A DNA stretch of 53,787 bases, the filler included, from Sluysia triapertura (Eukaryota): the NCBI GenBank assembly GCA_046118255.1. It is 3 parts of 3 records of this genome, joined end to end, with 100 filler letters (N's around TTAATTAATTAA, not from the genome) between each part and the next. Parts side by side here need not be neighbours in the genome. Positions count along the whole stretch, not along the records: positions 35,299 to 53,787 come from JBJNIA010140836.1; 2 more parts are not named here. The stretch is one strand, 5' to 3'. This document shows, piece by piece, positions 38,587 to 52,101 of the stretch. The translations under genes and the position numbers were made by a program. Below the pieces are notes generated by a model, which saw only the letters and a list, made by a program, of their open reading frames with translations, searched no databases and had not been told where the DNA came from. The first letter of the stretch is position 1. Every line of letters begins with the position of its first letter.

Positions 38587-39779
38587 GTTTAAGGTGACAC
38601 AAAAATACGTGCTATTCAAGGCCCACTTCCTTTATCCACATAGAAGGGTCTAGCTATTTTAAAAGAGTGTTTTTTTTGTATATATACGCAAATTAATTTT
38701 ATAAATAATCTTATTAATAATTTTAAAATAAAATTATTTGTGAAAGAATATCTTAGTGATTTTAATGTATTCTGGAATCAAAAAGTAAACGAAAGAAAAT
38801 AAATACAGTAAATAAATTCATCAGGCCAGATTTAGTGGTTAGAAAAAAGCTGACAGATTTAATGGTAGCATCAGAAAAGGAAAATAGAAGGTAGATGTTA
38901 CTAAACACACAAGGATTTTTGTTCTTTAATTCTAAATTCTTTAATTTAGACTTATGTCAATTACATCAAGTTAATGTTAATAAGTACATTAACTTAATTA
39001 AAAATAGATTTCTAAAATCTTTCTCTTAATTATGTACTCTCTTCAGTTGCATTATATTATTAACTACATTTGTATCATTATTGAAATAATTTTTTTATAT
39101 ATCATAACGAATTTAGTTAATTAGTTCACTTTTTGAAAGAAGGATTTAATATAAATATTAAAATTTGAACTATTCTCAGAGACAAGTTAAAAACTAACTT
39201 CTATTAGAACAATTATAAACTAATTTGATTTGATTTTCAAATATTTGTAAGACTAATCAATTATAACATAATTATATTAAGTAAAGCAGACACTTAACAA
39301 TGTGCTAATGATGTTAATAATAAAATCCTGTTGAATATTTCTACAACATGTTTGTGTTTGTTACTAAAATAAAGTAACCATAATGATCCAGTTGATTATA
39401 GTTGAATAAATTAAATAGCATATATTTATAATATGTAAATTATTTCATATTATTATTGTTTTACATATGCGGTCCATTCAATAAGTAATAACGAGTATAA
39501 CATCACTAACGTTTACGAAGTAGTTGTCGAAGATTAATGGTGCCATTTTATTTGAATCAACAAGGTAATAGCTAAGAAAGACAAATTCAAAGAAAACAAA
39601 TTATGTGAAAACTTAAATTTTATCTATAATTATTTTATTTAAATTATTTATAATATTTTGAGATCATTGAATGAACTTCAAATTACCTTAAAAATCTTTT
39701 GAAGCATAAAGATAATAGCAAAGACAAATTTGGTTTGTTAATAGTTAGTATAAAAAAGTAGAGAAAGAAGTTGGAGTGG

Positions 39780-40480
39780 TGAAGATTAAATGCCTTCTGA
39801 ATGCCTTCTGAAGCAAAAAAAACAACTTTAAAACCTTAATAAAACCTTTAAGCATAAAATATAGCATATTCCAAAATTAGATTAAAAACATAATTAAAGA
39901 AAAATACCATTTTATAAATAAATTTTAAATGAGCAATGTCACGATAAAGTTTGTTTTAGTAAGATCTTTCAATAAAGACATAGTTTGACTGAGTTTAACC
40001 AAAGAAAACATTAGTATTGAGCAAAGTCAAATTTTAATTAATTATGATTTAAAAAATATATTAAATTTTTATAACTAGAATGATGAAATAATGGGAAATT
40101 ATTGTTATGGAAGGGCATAATTTAGAAATAAATTAAAAACCTTTATAAAATTGTTTGTTTGAGAATAATTGGATCTGAATAATTAAAAATTAATTAATTT
40201 TCTAAAATCTAAAATTAAATTCATTATTTTTATTCATATTGCTACTACTAGTGATTGTTATTTTAATGTGAGAAGTAATTTAAGAAAAACAAATCAAATA
40301 GAGTAGAAGAAAATACGATATGATCATTAATCAATATTTTGTATTTTGTACTTAATGAAGTTTGACAAATAGTGCCACGTAATTATTAGAGTTGCACTCT
40401 GGACTTAATGGTTTGTGTAAGGAATATTTGATTGGACAATGAGAGAGTTACAAAAAAGGAGTAGTTGTAATATTTTATTA
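39780..40480 (-). pseudogene. Family C repeat copy
   Basis: Shares aataaaacctttaa, tattgagcaaagtcaaat, ttttaatgtgagaagtaatttaag and gattgga with the other copies. Confidence 0.65.
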
Positions 40481-41134
40481 ATATTTGGCTAAAAGAATAA
40501 AGAAACCAATAGTTAGGGTATTATTAATTTAAAATTTTAATTGGGCTTTGAATTGGACCTATTTTATTTTTATTTTTTATATTTTTAGTTCATTTAAATT
40601 AAAATTTTATTTAAGAAATTTATCTTAGATAACATTCCCTTTTGAATTACATATTTATATTGTCGAATGTTATCGAAAAGAGTTAGACCTTTCCTAGAAA
40701 TTAGTGACAGACTCGTTTTTATATTTAAACTTTTCATTTGGACATTATAATAGTTATTACGTTGTTTACTGTATTATTTATTTATAAAAATATTTTGCTA
40801 ATAATAAAATATTTATATTATTAGTTTTGTGTTTTCGTAATAGTTGTAAAATAATCAAAGTTTATAATCCTTAACATTACTACTTTCCTTTCTTGTTAAA
40901 TATTTTATTTATTTACTCAGTGCCCAAATCCATAATTATAATCTAAGAAGGGCACTTGTTTAAATGTATAAAAACGTGTACAAATATTCACTTATTCAAA
41001 TAATATATGATAATAATAATAATATTTTGCAATAAAATCAACAAAAGTAGCTGTTTTTTGTATAACTATAAATTGGCATTTATATTTTAATTCGTTGAAA
41101 AATTTTATAAACTACGGTTTCAATATTATGCTTT

Positions 41135-44100
41135 ATGTTAAGAGAAGAAGCAAGAAGAAGAGCAGAAAAATTTGTTACAGTTCGTAAAAAAGTAAGCCAC
41201 TATTTTTTATATTTTTTATAATTTTATAATTATAAAATTCAAAGTTATCATTCAATAATAATAATAATAATTATAATAATAATATTTCTTTATTTAGATT
41301 GAAATTACTTCAAAATCATTTACACAAATGATTTCATTTTTAGACATATGGAAGCCAGTCAACAAGGCCATTAGTGAATATTATGATTCAGGTAAAATTT
41401 AATTAATTTTTCTGAAATACAATTTATTGTTTGATATTATTTAAAATAATTTTTGTACAAAATATTAAAATTATGCAGAAGATTTAATTAAATTATAGTG
41501 GCCAACTTTTTCATTCAAAATTAAAATTATTATTTTACACGAAATGTCACATCCACTAACATCTTAGATTTTACCTTTCAGATCCATTAAATCCTTATTT
41601 TTATTTTTTCCAAAATAGTTAAATTCACAACCTCATAACGTTACAAACAAACGTACTTTCAAAACCATTAACGTACATCTAAGTTTCATTCAAAACATTT
41701 TAATTCACAATTTTACAACATTAGAATCACAATTTACATTTCTAATTGTCAAATAGTTATTTCGAAATTAATCCAAAACATTTCAATTACACAATCCATC
41801 AACACTTAATCTTTAGCATCTGTGGAAAACATTAAATCCACATTTTAAAATCACTTTAAAACATAATCAAAAATACGATTTCTTTAACATCTTCGCAAAA
41901 ACTCATACTTAAAACCATTCTAAACATTCGGATTCAAATAAAATTTTATTTAAATTAATTGTATATATTCTATTAAAGGAAGATTAAGTTTACACAAAGA
42001 AATAAAGATGTATGCAATTTTATTTATTTATATGTTAAAGAAAAGAATTTTATTTTCAAAGAATTATAAGCTCATTTGATGAATAAAGAGAATAAAGTTT
42101 ACGTATTATTATTATAATTATAATTATTACTATTATTATTTTGTCTGTTCTATTTAATATAATTATTATCATTATTTTAATCATTTTATTATTATCATCT
42201 TCATTTGATTATTATTATTATTAGTCTAACTATTTATATTAATCCATTAAATCATTTTCATTATCGTATTGATTGAAACCTGTCATCAGTCGACAGTTTT
42301 TTTATTTAATTTCGCGTAGATAATTTTGTAATTGTCAACTAATGACAGTTGCTTAGCCTATTAAATCACTCGTAGTTGTTATTAAGTACAGTTCTGTGTT
42401 GTTGTGCCTTAGATTGTGATTCAGTTTTAGTGTGTGTCATTGTTGTTTTGTATTGTTGTGACTTTCAACAAATAGTTCTTAATGCAGACGACCAATAAAA
42501 ATGTAAAAAGAAGCACCGCAAAACCTAAATAATAAGTAAAAAATTTCTAACAAATTTTAATTAATGTTTAAAGAATAAAAAAATTCTGACTTTATCTTAA
42601 TATTAAGAATAAATTTAATAATGGATGAATTAATTTTATTATCATTTGCTAAATTAGAATTAGACGATCGTTCAAATAAAGCTTGTATAAAGTTGTCTGA
42701 CAATTATAATATATTAGTAATGCATGGAAGAATTATGAATTTTATAAGATAAGGAAATACCATTAGATTCAAGGCTAGATATATTGATCATGAAAAGGAA
42801 TCACTTACAGTTTCTAATACTATATTAAATTTTAAATCAATTATGAAAATTGATAAAGGATTTCAAGAATGGGATATTGTAACTCCCAATGAAACGTCAT
42901 TTGGATTAAAAAATGATCTTAATTTTTTATTCAATATCATTAATCATGTAGATTCGTATCAAAATTTCAATAAAATCAATATAAGCGAATCCATCTTTGG
43001 TTATAAGTACGTATCTCATTTCTCCAAATTTTAGTATTGAACAAGATTTAATTGTAAAGTATCTACAATCTCTAATGAATATAATGATGATAAAAATAAA
43101 CAAAGTATGTCCGATCTGATCGACCAGGGGATCAATCATTTTAAACCGTCTATGTCTAATCTAAGTGGAATTTCTTGTATGGATAAAATTTCCATCTCAG
43201 TTAAGCGAATCCGACATTGTCGTTATTTCCTTAATATCTTTGAATCAAATTATCATGACTCTTGAGTGATCTACTCATTTCAGTACAAAATAATGCACCT
43301 GATCATAGATTGCAGGCTAATAGAATTCTCACTGGAACTACGAGTAATATTGAACCTGGTAGTCGGTTTAACAAGTCAAAAGTTAAAGTAATTTTAAATA
43401 TTTATCTTACATTGACATATTGTTTTTTTATTTATTATTGAGAGATATAAGTAATCTAAGTGACAAACATATAAAATTAACAATTTGTAGTATATTTGTT
43501 TATTTCAATTCAATGTATAATAAATTTAGGTCTTTTTATTTTATTACTTTATTCAACAAAAGAGCAAATGACGAAATTTTTAAATTTAATCTCGTTAGTT
43601 TGTGTTATAATTGGAAAAAATATAAATTTAATATAATTAATGTTAATTTCTTTAAAACAGTTTACAATAGTGCTATAATCATAAAACATTTAATCCAAAT
43701 TTACCTAAATAAATAACACAATAAGTAAAAACCATTAAATACTTAAACAATAAGTAAAACTATAATCAAATGTGCATTTTGTTTCGTCTTTAATTCTATG
43801 AACCAAATGAATATCTCACATTTATCGTTATCGCAATGTATATATTAAAATGCAATTACCAATACCAATTCAGTAATAATTGAATATCAAATGTGCATCG
43901 TTTATTTGAACGTTAAGTAATTTATGAATGTGAAGTAATTTACTGAAATGTTATGGAAGCAACAAATGTAAATGCTTGTACTCAATAATCAAATTCTAAC
44001 ATAAAAGTAAAACAATCAAAAATCGTACTAAATCAATTTATAAAAAATTAATTAAAAAGTTTAAAAACTATTTTACAACACTTCAAATTTATCTAGAATC

Positions 44101-46087
44101 AAAATAATATTTAGTTTCGAATTTTAATTCTAATGAAATTGTTGATACAGTTAATTGTAATTTGATATAATTGAGTTTTGAAACAATGAATAAAATTATG
44201 ACTCAAAAACGGGTCAGATATATCAAATGAATTAGTTACTGGTAAGGTTATGATGTATTTTTAGAATTTAAAAGGAATTAGATGTTTATGAAAGGTACAA
44301 TAATTAAGTGAAATATTGTTTAAGTTTGTTACATTAATTAAATCAGTGGTGCGTCTAGAGAGTGGGTTTGTTTTGAAATATTATGAGATGAAAAAAAATT
44401 TAAAAAGTATTAGTGACACAAGCTTGAACAGAGGCATAATTTCAATACTTGTAAAAAATGTTACTTCCATAAATGCCTTCAGAATTAAATGAAAGCAATA
44501 ATATAATGTAACTCAGATATAAAATTTAAAAATTATTTTTATTTTAAAATGAAATTTAAATTTTAGTTTTTTAATATTATATATATATTCAACAGAAGCG
44601 GTGTCATATTTCAAAGTGAACAGATGGATTACATTACATATAGCAATGGTATCTGTAGCCATATTTGGGTTTGTGTTAATACCAGGATTCATTTATGATT
44701 TTATCCAATCAAATGATTTTGTTGGACACATTTCAGAATTCGTGGTTAATAAAGCTTTCGTTAGTATTATTGTTAAAAAACGAGATTTGTATTGTTAGGT
44801 TGTCACAACGACCCTCTAAAATAATTTTAATGCTTTAAATTATTTATATATCTCTAAAAGTACTTAAAAATTGATTATTTTCTAAAAAAGAAATGTGATT
44901 TTCTGAAAAATAAATGTTATTTAAGTCTAAGAACTTTAGGAATGGATCAAATATAAGAAACTGGATGAAAAAAATTAAAATCAAAGTTTATAAAAGATTA
45001 TAAGACAAAGAAATTTATTTTCTTTAGTCAAGCATGTCTATATAGTGAAACGTTTTAGCTAACACATTTCTAGATAATTAGTTCCTAGAGAGTTAAGTAA
45101 ACTTTTAAATAAAGAAATAGTTTTGTTCAATAATTGATTCTTATTTATTTTCATTTGTTAGATATATATATTATCTACGCAAATTCTCAAATGATAATGA
45201 CTCTTTACTTCAACGGATTTTTTCTCACGTACTTTTTATACACTGGCAGTAACTATCTTACTATTTCTCAATATCTTTAAGTTGTTTCCAAATATATCTT
45301 CAGATTGAGTCACTACACATTTCAGTGCTTGATGGTACTTTAAATGTGTTATAGGAATCATTGTTTGTCAATAACCTAAACTCTTTATCGTTTTGATATT
45401 CGATTAATTTTTTTATTTATCCTATCTAGAAGTCTAAGTTCGGATACTCGTTCCGATGGCAAGGAATAGAAACCCAAATAAATATTTGAGCAAAAGCAAT
45501 GATCAACTACAAAAGAATTAGCTTATTTTAAGGTAGTTCTGTACTTGTCAACTCTCAAAATTTATTTTTTGGCGTTTCAAAGTTTCAAATAAATAACTGT
45601 ATATGCAAACAAATCAATTTATCAATTAATAATTATATTACAAATGTTATGAGAAATTTTGGTTCAAGTTAAATAAACTTCAAATTATCCAAACGAAAAA
45701 TTAGTATATTTACCTTTATTCAATATCTGTATATGTGACTATCCGTCTTCTTTTCAGTTGTAATGTTTCCTTTATTCATAATTTTGATTTCAATTATTAT
45801 TCCATCAAAAGAAACTATATTCGCCTTCTTCTTTCGATTATGTATTGAGTTGGTTTGTGTATACATATCCAAATTTATTATTAGATAAAATTTAATTTTT
45901 TCACCAAATAATCAATAATAAGCGATAAATAGTAATATGTTAATTTTAATAATAATATGTTAATTTTCTATCATAACAAAATTTTACTATACTAGTTATG
46001 TTAATATTTAATATTTAATATTTAATAATAATGTTAATATTTTGTAATAAATTTTTACTATACTAATTTTAATTACAAATGATAATG

Positions 46088-46126
<39 letters not shown>

Positions 46127-49084
46127 GTAATAATAATTATAACAATAATAATAATTTCTCTGTTTGGATAATTTTATTAAATTTTAATTCGATACAGGTT
46201 ATATTTAATCATATTTTAATATAATTTTTCTTGATTATAGTGCTTTTTAAATTTAGTATAACATTATTCTCTCATTTTTTAATTTAAGTTAATTTTGATC
46301 GAGAATAATGTTATTAATTTTTTATTGTACACTAGTTTTACTCAATCTCAATTCAATACAATTTTAACTCTCATATCAGAATAATCTTTATGTTCTTAAA
46401 ATTTAATGTTATATTGTCTTTATAGAATCTCACTTTAAAATGATTATTTATTTTATTTTAATCTAAAACTAATTGCTATTTGTTATTAAATTTTGACTTT
46501 ATATTAGCTTTATTAAATCTCATTTTAAATTGATGGAAAGCATTATAATCTCAATAGTAATGATCTTAATTGTACTTTAAAAATAATTTTTATTTTTATG
46601 AAATTCACATTAAATCAAAAGTTAATAAATATTATGTTACACATTTTATAGTTTATCATATTTAGGTTTCGTTGGTAAATACTCCTATGTATTATGGTTT
46701 TTATAATAGTACTGCTATGAAGGCGATATTTCGTAATTATTCGATCAGTTCTTCGTATTTCTGGACTAATGCAATTACAAGAATATTATACGCAATATTT
46801 CTTATTAAAAAGTTGAGTAATATTATTACTAATTAGTAAATGAATATATTTCTATCTTATTTTGATGTGATGTGATTTATAAACTGAGATATAATGATAT
46901 GATTAATATCATCAATTTATTTTAATTTTCTTTTTATTAAATTTAAAGTCTATATGTACAAGCCAAGAATGAATATGTTTATGGTTTATTTCTGTTAATT
47001 TAGAAATAATTAAAAAGTTCGAAAAACTTTACTAAATAAACATAAATATCAAACATAAGGAAAAGTTATCAACTGTTCGATGCAATATTAAAAAGTTATT
47101 GTTTGTACTAAGTGGTAATTGGATGACTTAACGTTTAACTAACAAAGATAATTTTAACTGAAGTACCCTTAACTTATGGGCGTAAAGTTATGTAATGATG
47201 GAATCAAAAATGAATTATTATTATTGGTTATCGTTACCAAGTATTGAGAGAAAAATAACTAGAATATACAAAAAAGTGATTTTTCTGTATTAAAGTATTA
47301 GATAACATATTGCTAATGCAGTCTATGAAATGTTAGAATGCATAGTGTGCGGAAAATGACATATTTTTTCTTTGTTATTTTATTTTTTACTTCATTTATA
47401 AAACGACGTAAACACATTAAACATCTAATTAATTCTTATAATAACTAATCATTCAGTTAAATAAATAAATTGCAAATTATTGCATAATTTATATTAATTA
47501 AATAATTTCAAAATATATAATAACAAATTCTGGATTTTATATTTGTTTTCAAATCTTTCAGTTATTATTTTCTTTTTATGATAATTTTTAATTATTTGAT
47601 TGTAAATTTAGATCGATATAGTAATTATTGTTAATACAATTATTAAAAATTCAGATTAATTACAAATATCAGTACATTGAATGCTCAGTTAAACAAAGTC
47701 CAATCGTCTCATCGATACAGTGATATATTGAGTGTTTGGAATTTCAATGTTAAGTCTCAATCTTTATGCATAAGAAATTTTGTAAATTCTAAACAATTTG
47801 CTAAGGTTGTTATTTTATTATATACGATATACATTCAATAAACACTCGGAATAGCAAATAGTTATACACTAAGGGAATACATCATTTATTATTTACTGGT
47901 ATTTTTTCAAATTTAGTTACAAAAGATTTTTTCTTTTATACCATTAAAAGAATCTGAAGTTTTAGAAAACTCGTCAAAATTTTCTAAACATTTTCGTCTA
48001 AAATTTTCTTAAAAAATGCATTTCCTGACAATGTTAAATGCTCGAAAATGTTGAAAAATGATACGTTCTTAATTTTATTATTGTTATATTGGTTTCTGGT
48101 CTAGTGCAAGCAATTATTAAATGCACCGCGTTTGTTGAAGTGTAAGTTTAAATTGTTAGATATCTCAGTCAATACAGCATTTCATTTAATTAAATAATAA
48201 ATATAGATTGAATTCAGTAAAAATAAAACTGTAAGTTAGTTTATAGGTTATACACTGTTTATGTTTCAAAAATATTATCACCATCTACCAGAGAATGTCA
48301 AATTACTGGAAGATTATGAAATATTTAAGAAAAAGGTAAAGTTCTTTCTGTTTCAGAAATATTATAATGAATGATTTATTTTAAGCGCTTTTGAGTACTT
48401 ATTTTGTAGTATGTATGAGCGCAATATATATTAATATATTATTATTATAGCGAAAATGTGCTTTTAGAAATATGGTATATTAATTAATCACTAGACCCAC
48501 GGCCTGAGTAAGAGTTTGATTGTCCGATTTTGGGGAAATACTGAATATATAGTTCGATATATTTTTTGTTTCATGAGCCTTTAAATAAACAAAAACAAAC
48601 TAACTAAACAAAAAATAACTTCACTTGAAAAATACATATTCCTTGTCAAAATATTTAATACATAAAATTATAAAGTAATTAATGTATTGAAAGTGTTTCT
48701 CTGAAATTGATATTTAATATTAAGAAAAAGAAAAAATATGGTTATTTAAAAATGTACTGAGAAATTAATTGCATATGCATTTACTTTAACTTTTTTAAAA
48801 TCGTTTTACGACGATTTTTAATTTTAATTTTAAAGTTAATTAAAAAGAATATTGTGCTTTAATAATTAAAGATTATAATAAGTGTAAATTATTATTTATG
48901 AAATTAAAACGTATTTCATTTTTTACTTTATTTGAAATTGAATCGATAATAAATATTTAACTTGTTATCTGATTATTGTAATAATATTTTTAATCATTTA
49001 TTTACTAAAGTGAGTAATAAAAATAAATAATAAAATGAAAATATTGCTATTTGTTATCAGTAATAAAAGTAATAATAATAATAA

Positions 49085-49134
<50 letters not shown>

Positions 49135-49475
49135 TAATGTTTAAATATAATTTTTGAAACTATTTAAAATATTAAAATCAAGCAAAAAAGAACAATATAT
49201 TTTTATAATCTTATTGATGCTTTATCAATCTACTTAACGTATTTGAAGACATTTATAATTATGTATTTCTAATTTAAGTATTTTAAACAATAATTAAAAT
49301 CTATTGTTACTTTTTAATTTTTTTAATTTCACTAATTTAGAAAATATTAACTCGTGAAGTAAAATTACCCAAGATTGCCATAGCAACAAATTGTATATTA
49401 AATATTTCTTGTTTAGTGGCTTTTATTGTTTATTTAACTATGTTAGAAAGACTTTTGTTGTCAAATGAACAAATT
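41135..49475 (+). CDS. Transmembrane channel-like (TMC) gene, partial. Exons 41135-41191, 41298-41391, 44596-44759, 46666-46811, 49341-49475; at least one exon unresolved
   Basis: Phase-compatible splicing gives DIWKPVNKAISEYYDS|EAVSYFKVNRWI (TMC W..IK.IE..FG..V.SYF.FLRW) and KAF|VSLVNTPMYYGFYN (TMC T.LFYG.Y), with hydrophobic segments in the expected order. The start codon is uncertain. Confidence 0.7.
41494..44085 (+). mobile_element. Family A copy 3, inside TMC intron 41392-44595
   Basis: Starts TATAGTGGCCAAC; 5' arm homology (ttcagatccattaaa, caaaacatttt...ttcacaattt), two palindromes, and aataaatttaggtct shared with copy 1. The end may be CAACACTTCA (44085) or ~43666-43720. Confidence 0.65.
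42621..43410 (+). pseudogene. Decayed cargo ORF of family A copy 3
   Basis: MDELILLSFAK...ARYIDHEKE resembles QLILLFFIK...TRVYDRKKE in copy 2. The cattttaaaccgtctatgtct at ~43137-43157 resembles the zinc-finger lead-in. Confidence 0.5.
48240..48450 (+). mobile_element. L2-like LINE 3' end
   Basis: Aligns with 18720-18820 and reads LPENVKLLEDYEIFKKKVKFFL, with the same 3' tail. Confidence 0.75.
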
Positions 49476-50029
49476 GTAAGTTTATGATTTTAAATAAATA
49501 ATATGAATATATATTTTCTTGCAATTTATAAACAATCTATAAAAATAAACATTTGTTGGAGTTAAACATATAAATACATCTTGGGGATCATATGAATTCA
49601 ATTCTTTGTGTGTAAAATATTTTTTAAATTATAAACCAATTAAATTTAACTAGATGTTTTTAGTAAGATTACTAAAGTTTGTATCTTCATTCGACAAGAA
49701 TTGTCCTAACGCATAAAGACATAAATATAATCATTTAATTTTTGCTTCTGTTTTATGCAGTCACCATTTGCAGAAAACAATGGCAAAATTAATTTTCTTG
49801 CCTTGTCATATTTCTTAAAATTTATTTCAAAATTATTCTATTAATAATGCATCGTTTTGCAATAATATCTTTAAACTATTGTTATATAACGTATATTCAA
49901 CTTATTATTAATAATAGTATATCATTTTAAAGATGGTGTCCTACATTTTTGTTTTAATGAATCAGTTATTTATATATTTGAATTAAATTTTTTGTAATTT
50001 TAATATTATTGAAGTATAGCAGATAATTA

Positions 50030-51280
50030 ATATTATAGCAGATGTATGTAAACTATTCTAATTGTTGGAATTACCAAAATGTTTGATAAGAACTGAACGA
50101 ATTGAAAAATACAGGAAGAATACAAAATGATGGCAAAAATATAATAAAATATTGTTGGAGTGAAAATGATGAAGATGAAAACATCTATATTTATTTTGAG
50201 AATTAAGGAATACATTGGAATTCCAAAAACTCTTGTAATGTATTGAGAACCTTCAGGAAATTTGAGATTGGCTTAAAAAAATTTTGAATCATTAAAGTAC
50301 ATTTAACTTTGAGACTATTTAGAATCTTTGAAACATTGATGGGTGTTTAAGATATTTGAGAAATCTTGTAAAGTATTTGAAATGTTTGAAATGTTTGTGA
50401 AATTAAATCATTGTTACTGGTATTAAAGATAAATTTCATGGATTAATAGTTAGCATAGGAAAAGAAACCAGAATAGTTAAGGTAAAAGTACCTAAAACCA
50501 ATCAATTTTAGAACTTTAAGAAAACCTTTAAGTATGAGATAAAATGAAGTCTGAAGATATGTTAATTAATTAAAAATACGTTTTTATAAATAAAATGTGA
50601 ATGCGGAAATCTGTGTCAAAGTTGTGACAGATTTAATAAAGTATGTATATGATTTAATAAGACCTATCGATAAAGTTATGTTTTGATTAAGTTCATGCAA
50701 GGAATGCCGTAATATTGGGTAAAGTCAAATTTTAATTAACTCTCAATTCTAAAATATTAAATTTTTCATATCTGGAATGATGTAAGGATAATGAATTGAA
50801 TATGAAGTGATTAGTACGAAATAGGAGAATATAGAAATGAATTTGAATTTGATTTCTTTGAGAATTAGAAGCTTAAACATTTCCATGTTAATAGCTGAAA
50901 ATTCTATTAATGAATTGTTATTATGCATGTTCTTAATAATATGATTATTATTTTAATGTGAGAAGTAATTTAAGGGAAAATAAGTCGATTATAGTAAGGG
51001 AAAATAAGTCGATTCTAGTAAGGGAAAATAAGTCGATTCTAGTAAGGGAAAATAAGTCGATTCTAGTAAGGGAAAATAATGATTTATCAGTAATCAATTT
51101 TTGGCGTTTAGTGCTTAACGAATTCTGATAATAAATATCATATAATTCTCAAAGCTGTCAATATCGTCTTGATTCTGAAAGGATATTCAGATGATTTGTG
51201 TAAAAAAGATTAATTGTAAAACTCAAAATTGATTGGATAATGAGAAAGTATAAAAAGGAATAGTTATAAAATTTCTCATG
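50030..51280 (-). pseudogene. Family C repeat copy with hydrophobic ORF pieces
   Basis: Homology to 7160-7900 (reverse complement), 29-nt GT-AG intron at 50551-50579, and hydrophobic ORF 50033..50215 parallel to ~19150-19300. Confidence 0.65.
50971..51079. repeat. 24-bp minisatellite, 4.5 copies
   Basis: Unit TAAGGGAAAATAAGTCGATTCTAG, head to tail, with one mismatch in copy 1. Confidence 0.97.
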
Positions 51281-52101
51281 CAACAATAACGAAGATAATT
51301 ATGATTATGATGATAATGACAATAATTTAAGATCCATGAAGAAAGTAATTTTTATTTTATTATTATTTTAAGTTCAAAATTTTTATAGTTTGATTTAATC
51401 TAATTATAAATTCTTATTTCTTGGAATTTGGTGAAAAAATGAAGGTGACGCTCATTATTTTAAATGCTTTTGCTCTGGTTTCCTTAAATCTAAACCTGCG
51501 GCAATAAACGTCTTATGTCGTAACTAAACTTAAGTAAATCTTAATGCAAATTTAATAAAATAATTATTCTTAGATTATTTTATTAAATTAACTTAGATTA
51601 GAGGATCTGATAGAATTTAATCTATGTAATAAGATCCTAACTAATTTATAATTTTTAATGTTTGAAACTTATTGGTGAACTTAATACTAATGAAAATCAA
51701 GACAAATTTAAAAAACTTAAAATATATTCAACAAGAATTTATAATCTTTCGACAAAAATACAAAAAGAGTATTTTAATAGTTTATAATTAAAATCCAAAT
51801 AGATCTTTAATTTTTAATTATAACTTAATTACAAATTATCCTCCTCATTACATTTGGGTTAAACATCTCTTTTAAGAAATATTTTACGTGTGATTTTAAT
51901 GTTTTTACTTCTTCTAGTGAGAGTAAAATCAACTTTCGGTATTCATGGATTAAAAATTAATGGAATTACCCTGGAAACGAATAGCTGACTCTATAGAATA
52001 AAACCCCTGCGTTACCAGAAGATGGTGACCAAAAGATAAACTGAATTCCACAACTGAATTCTGAAAGTTGTGATTATTTTGAGTAGCGTTATAACTGCAA
52101 C

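Noticed and set aside
38375-38602. 75-aa minus-strand ORF
   Set aside because: Reads through the TIR of a non-autonomous hAT element.
45162-45250. Possible extra TMC exon
   Set aside because: 44759 splices directly to 46666 in phase and gives the TMC motif, so this segment is not needed.
50971-51079. Possible CRISPR array
   Set aside because: Head-to-tail units with no spacers, in a eukaryotic context.
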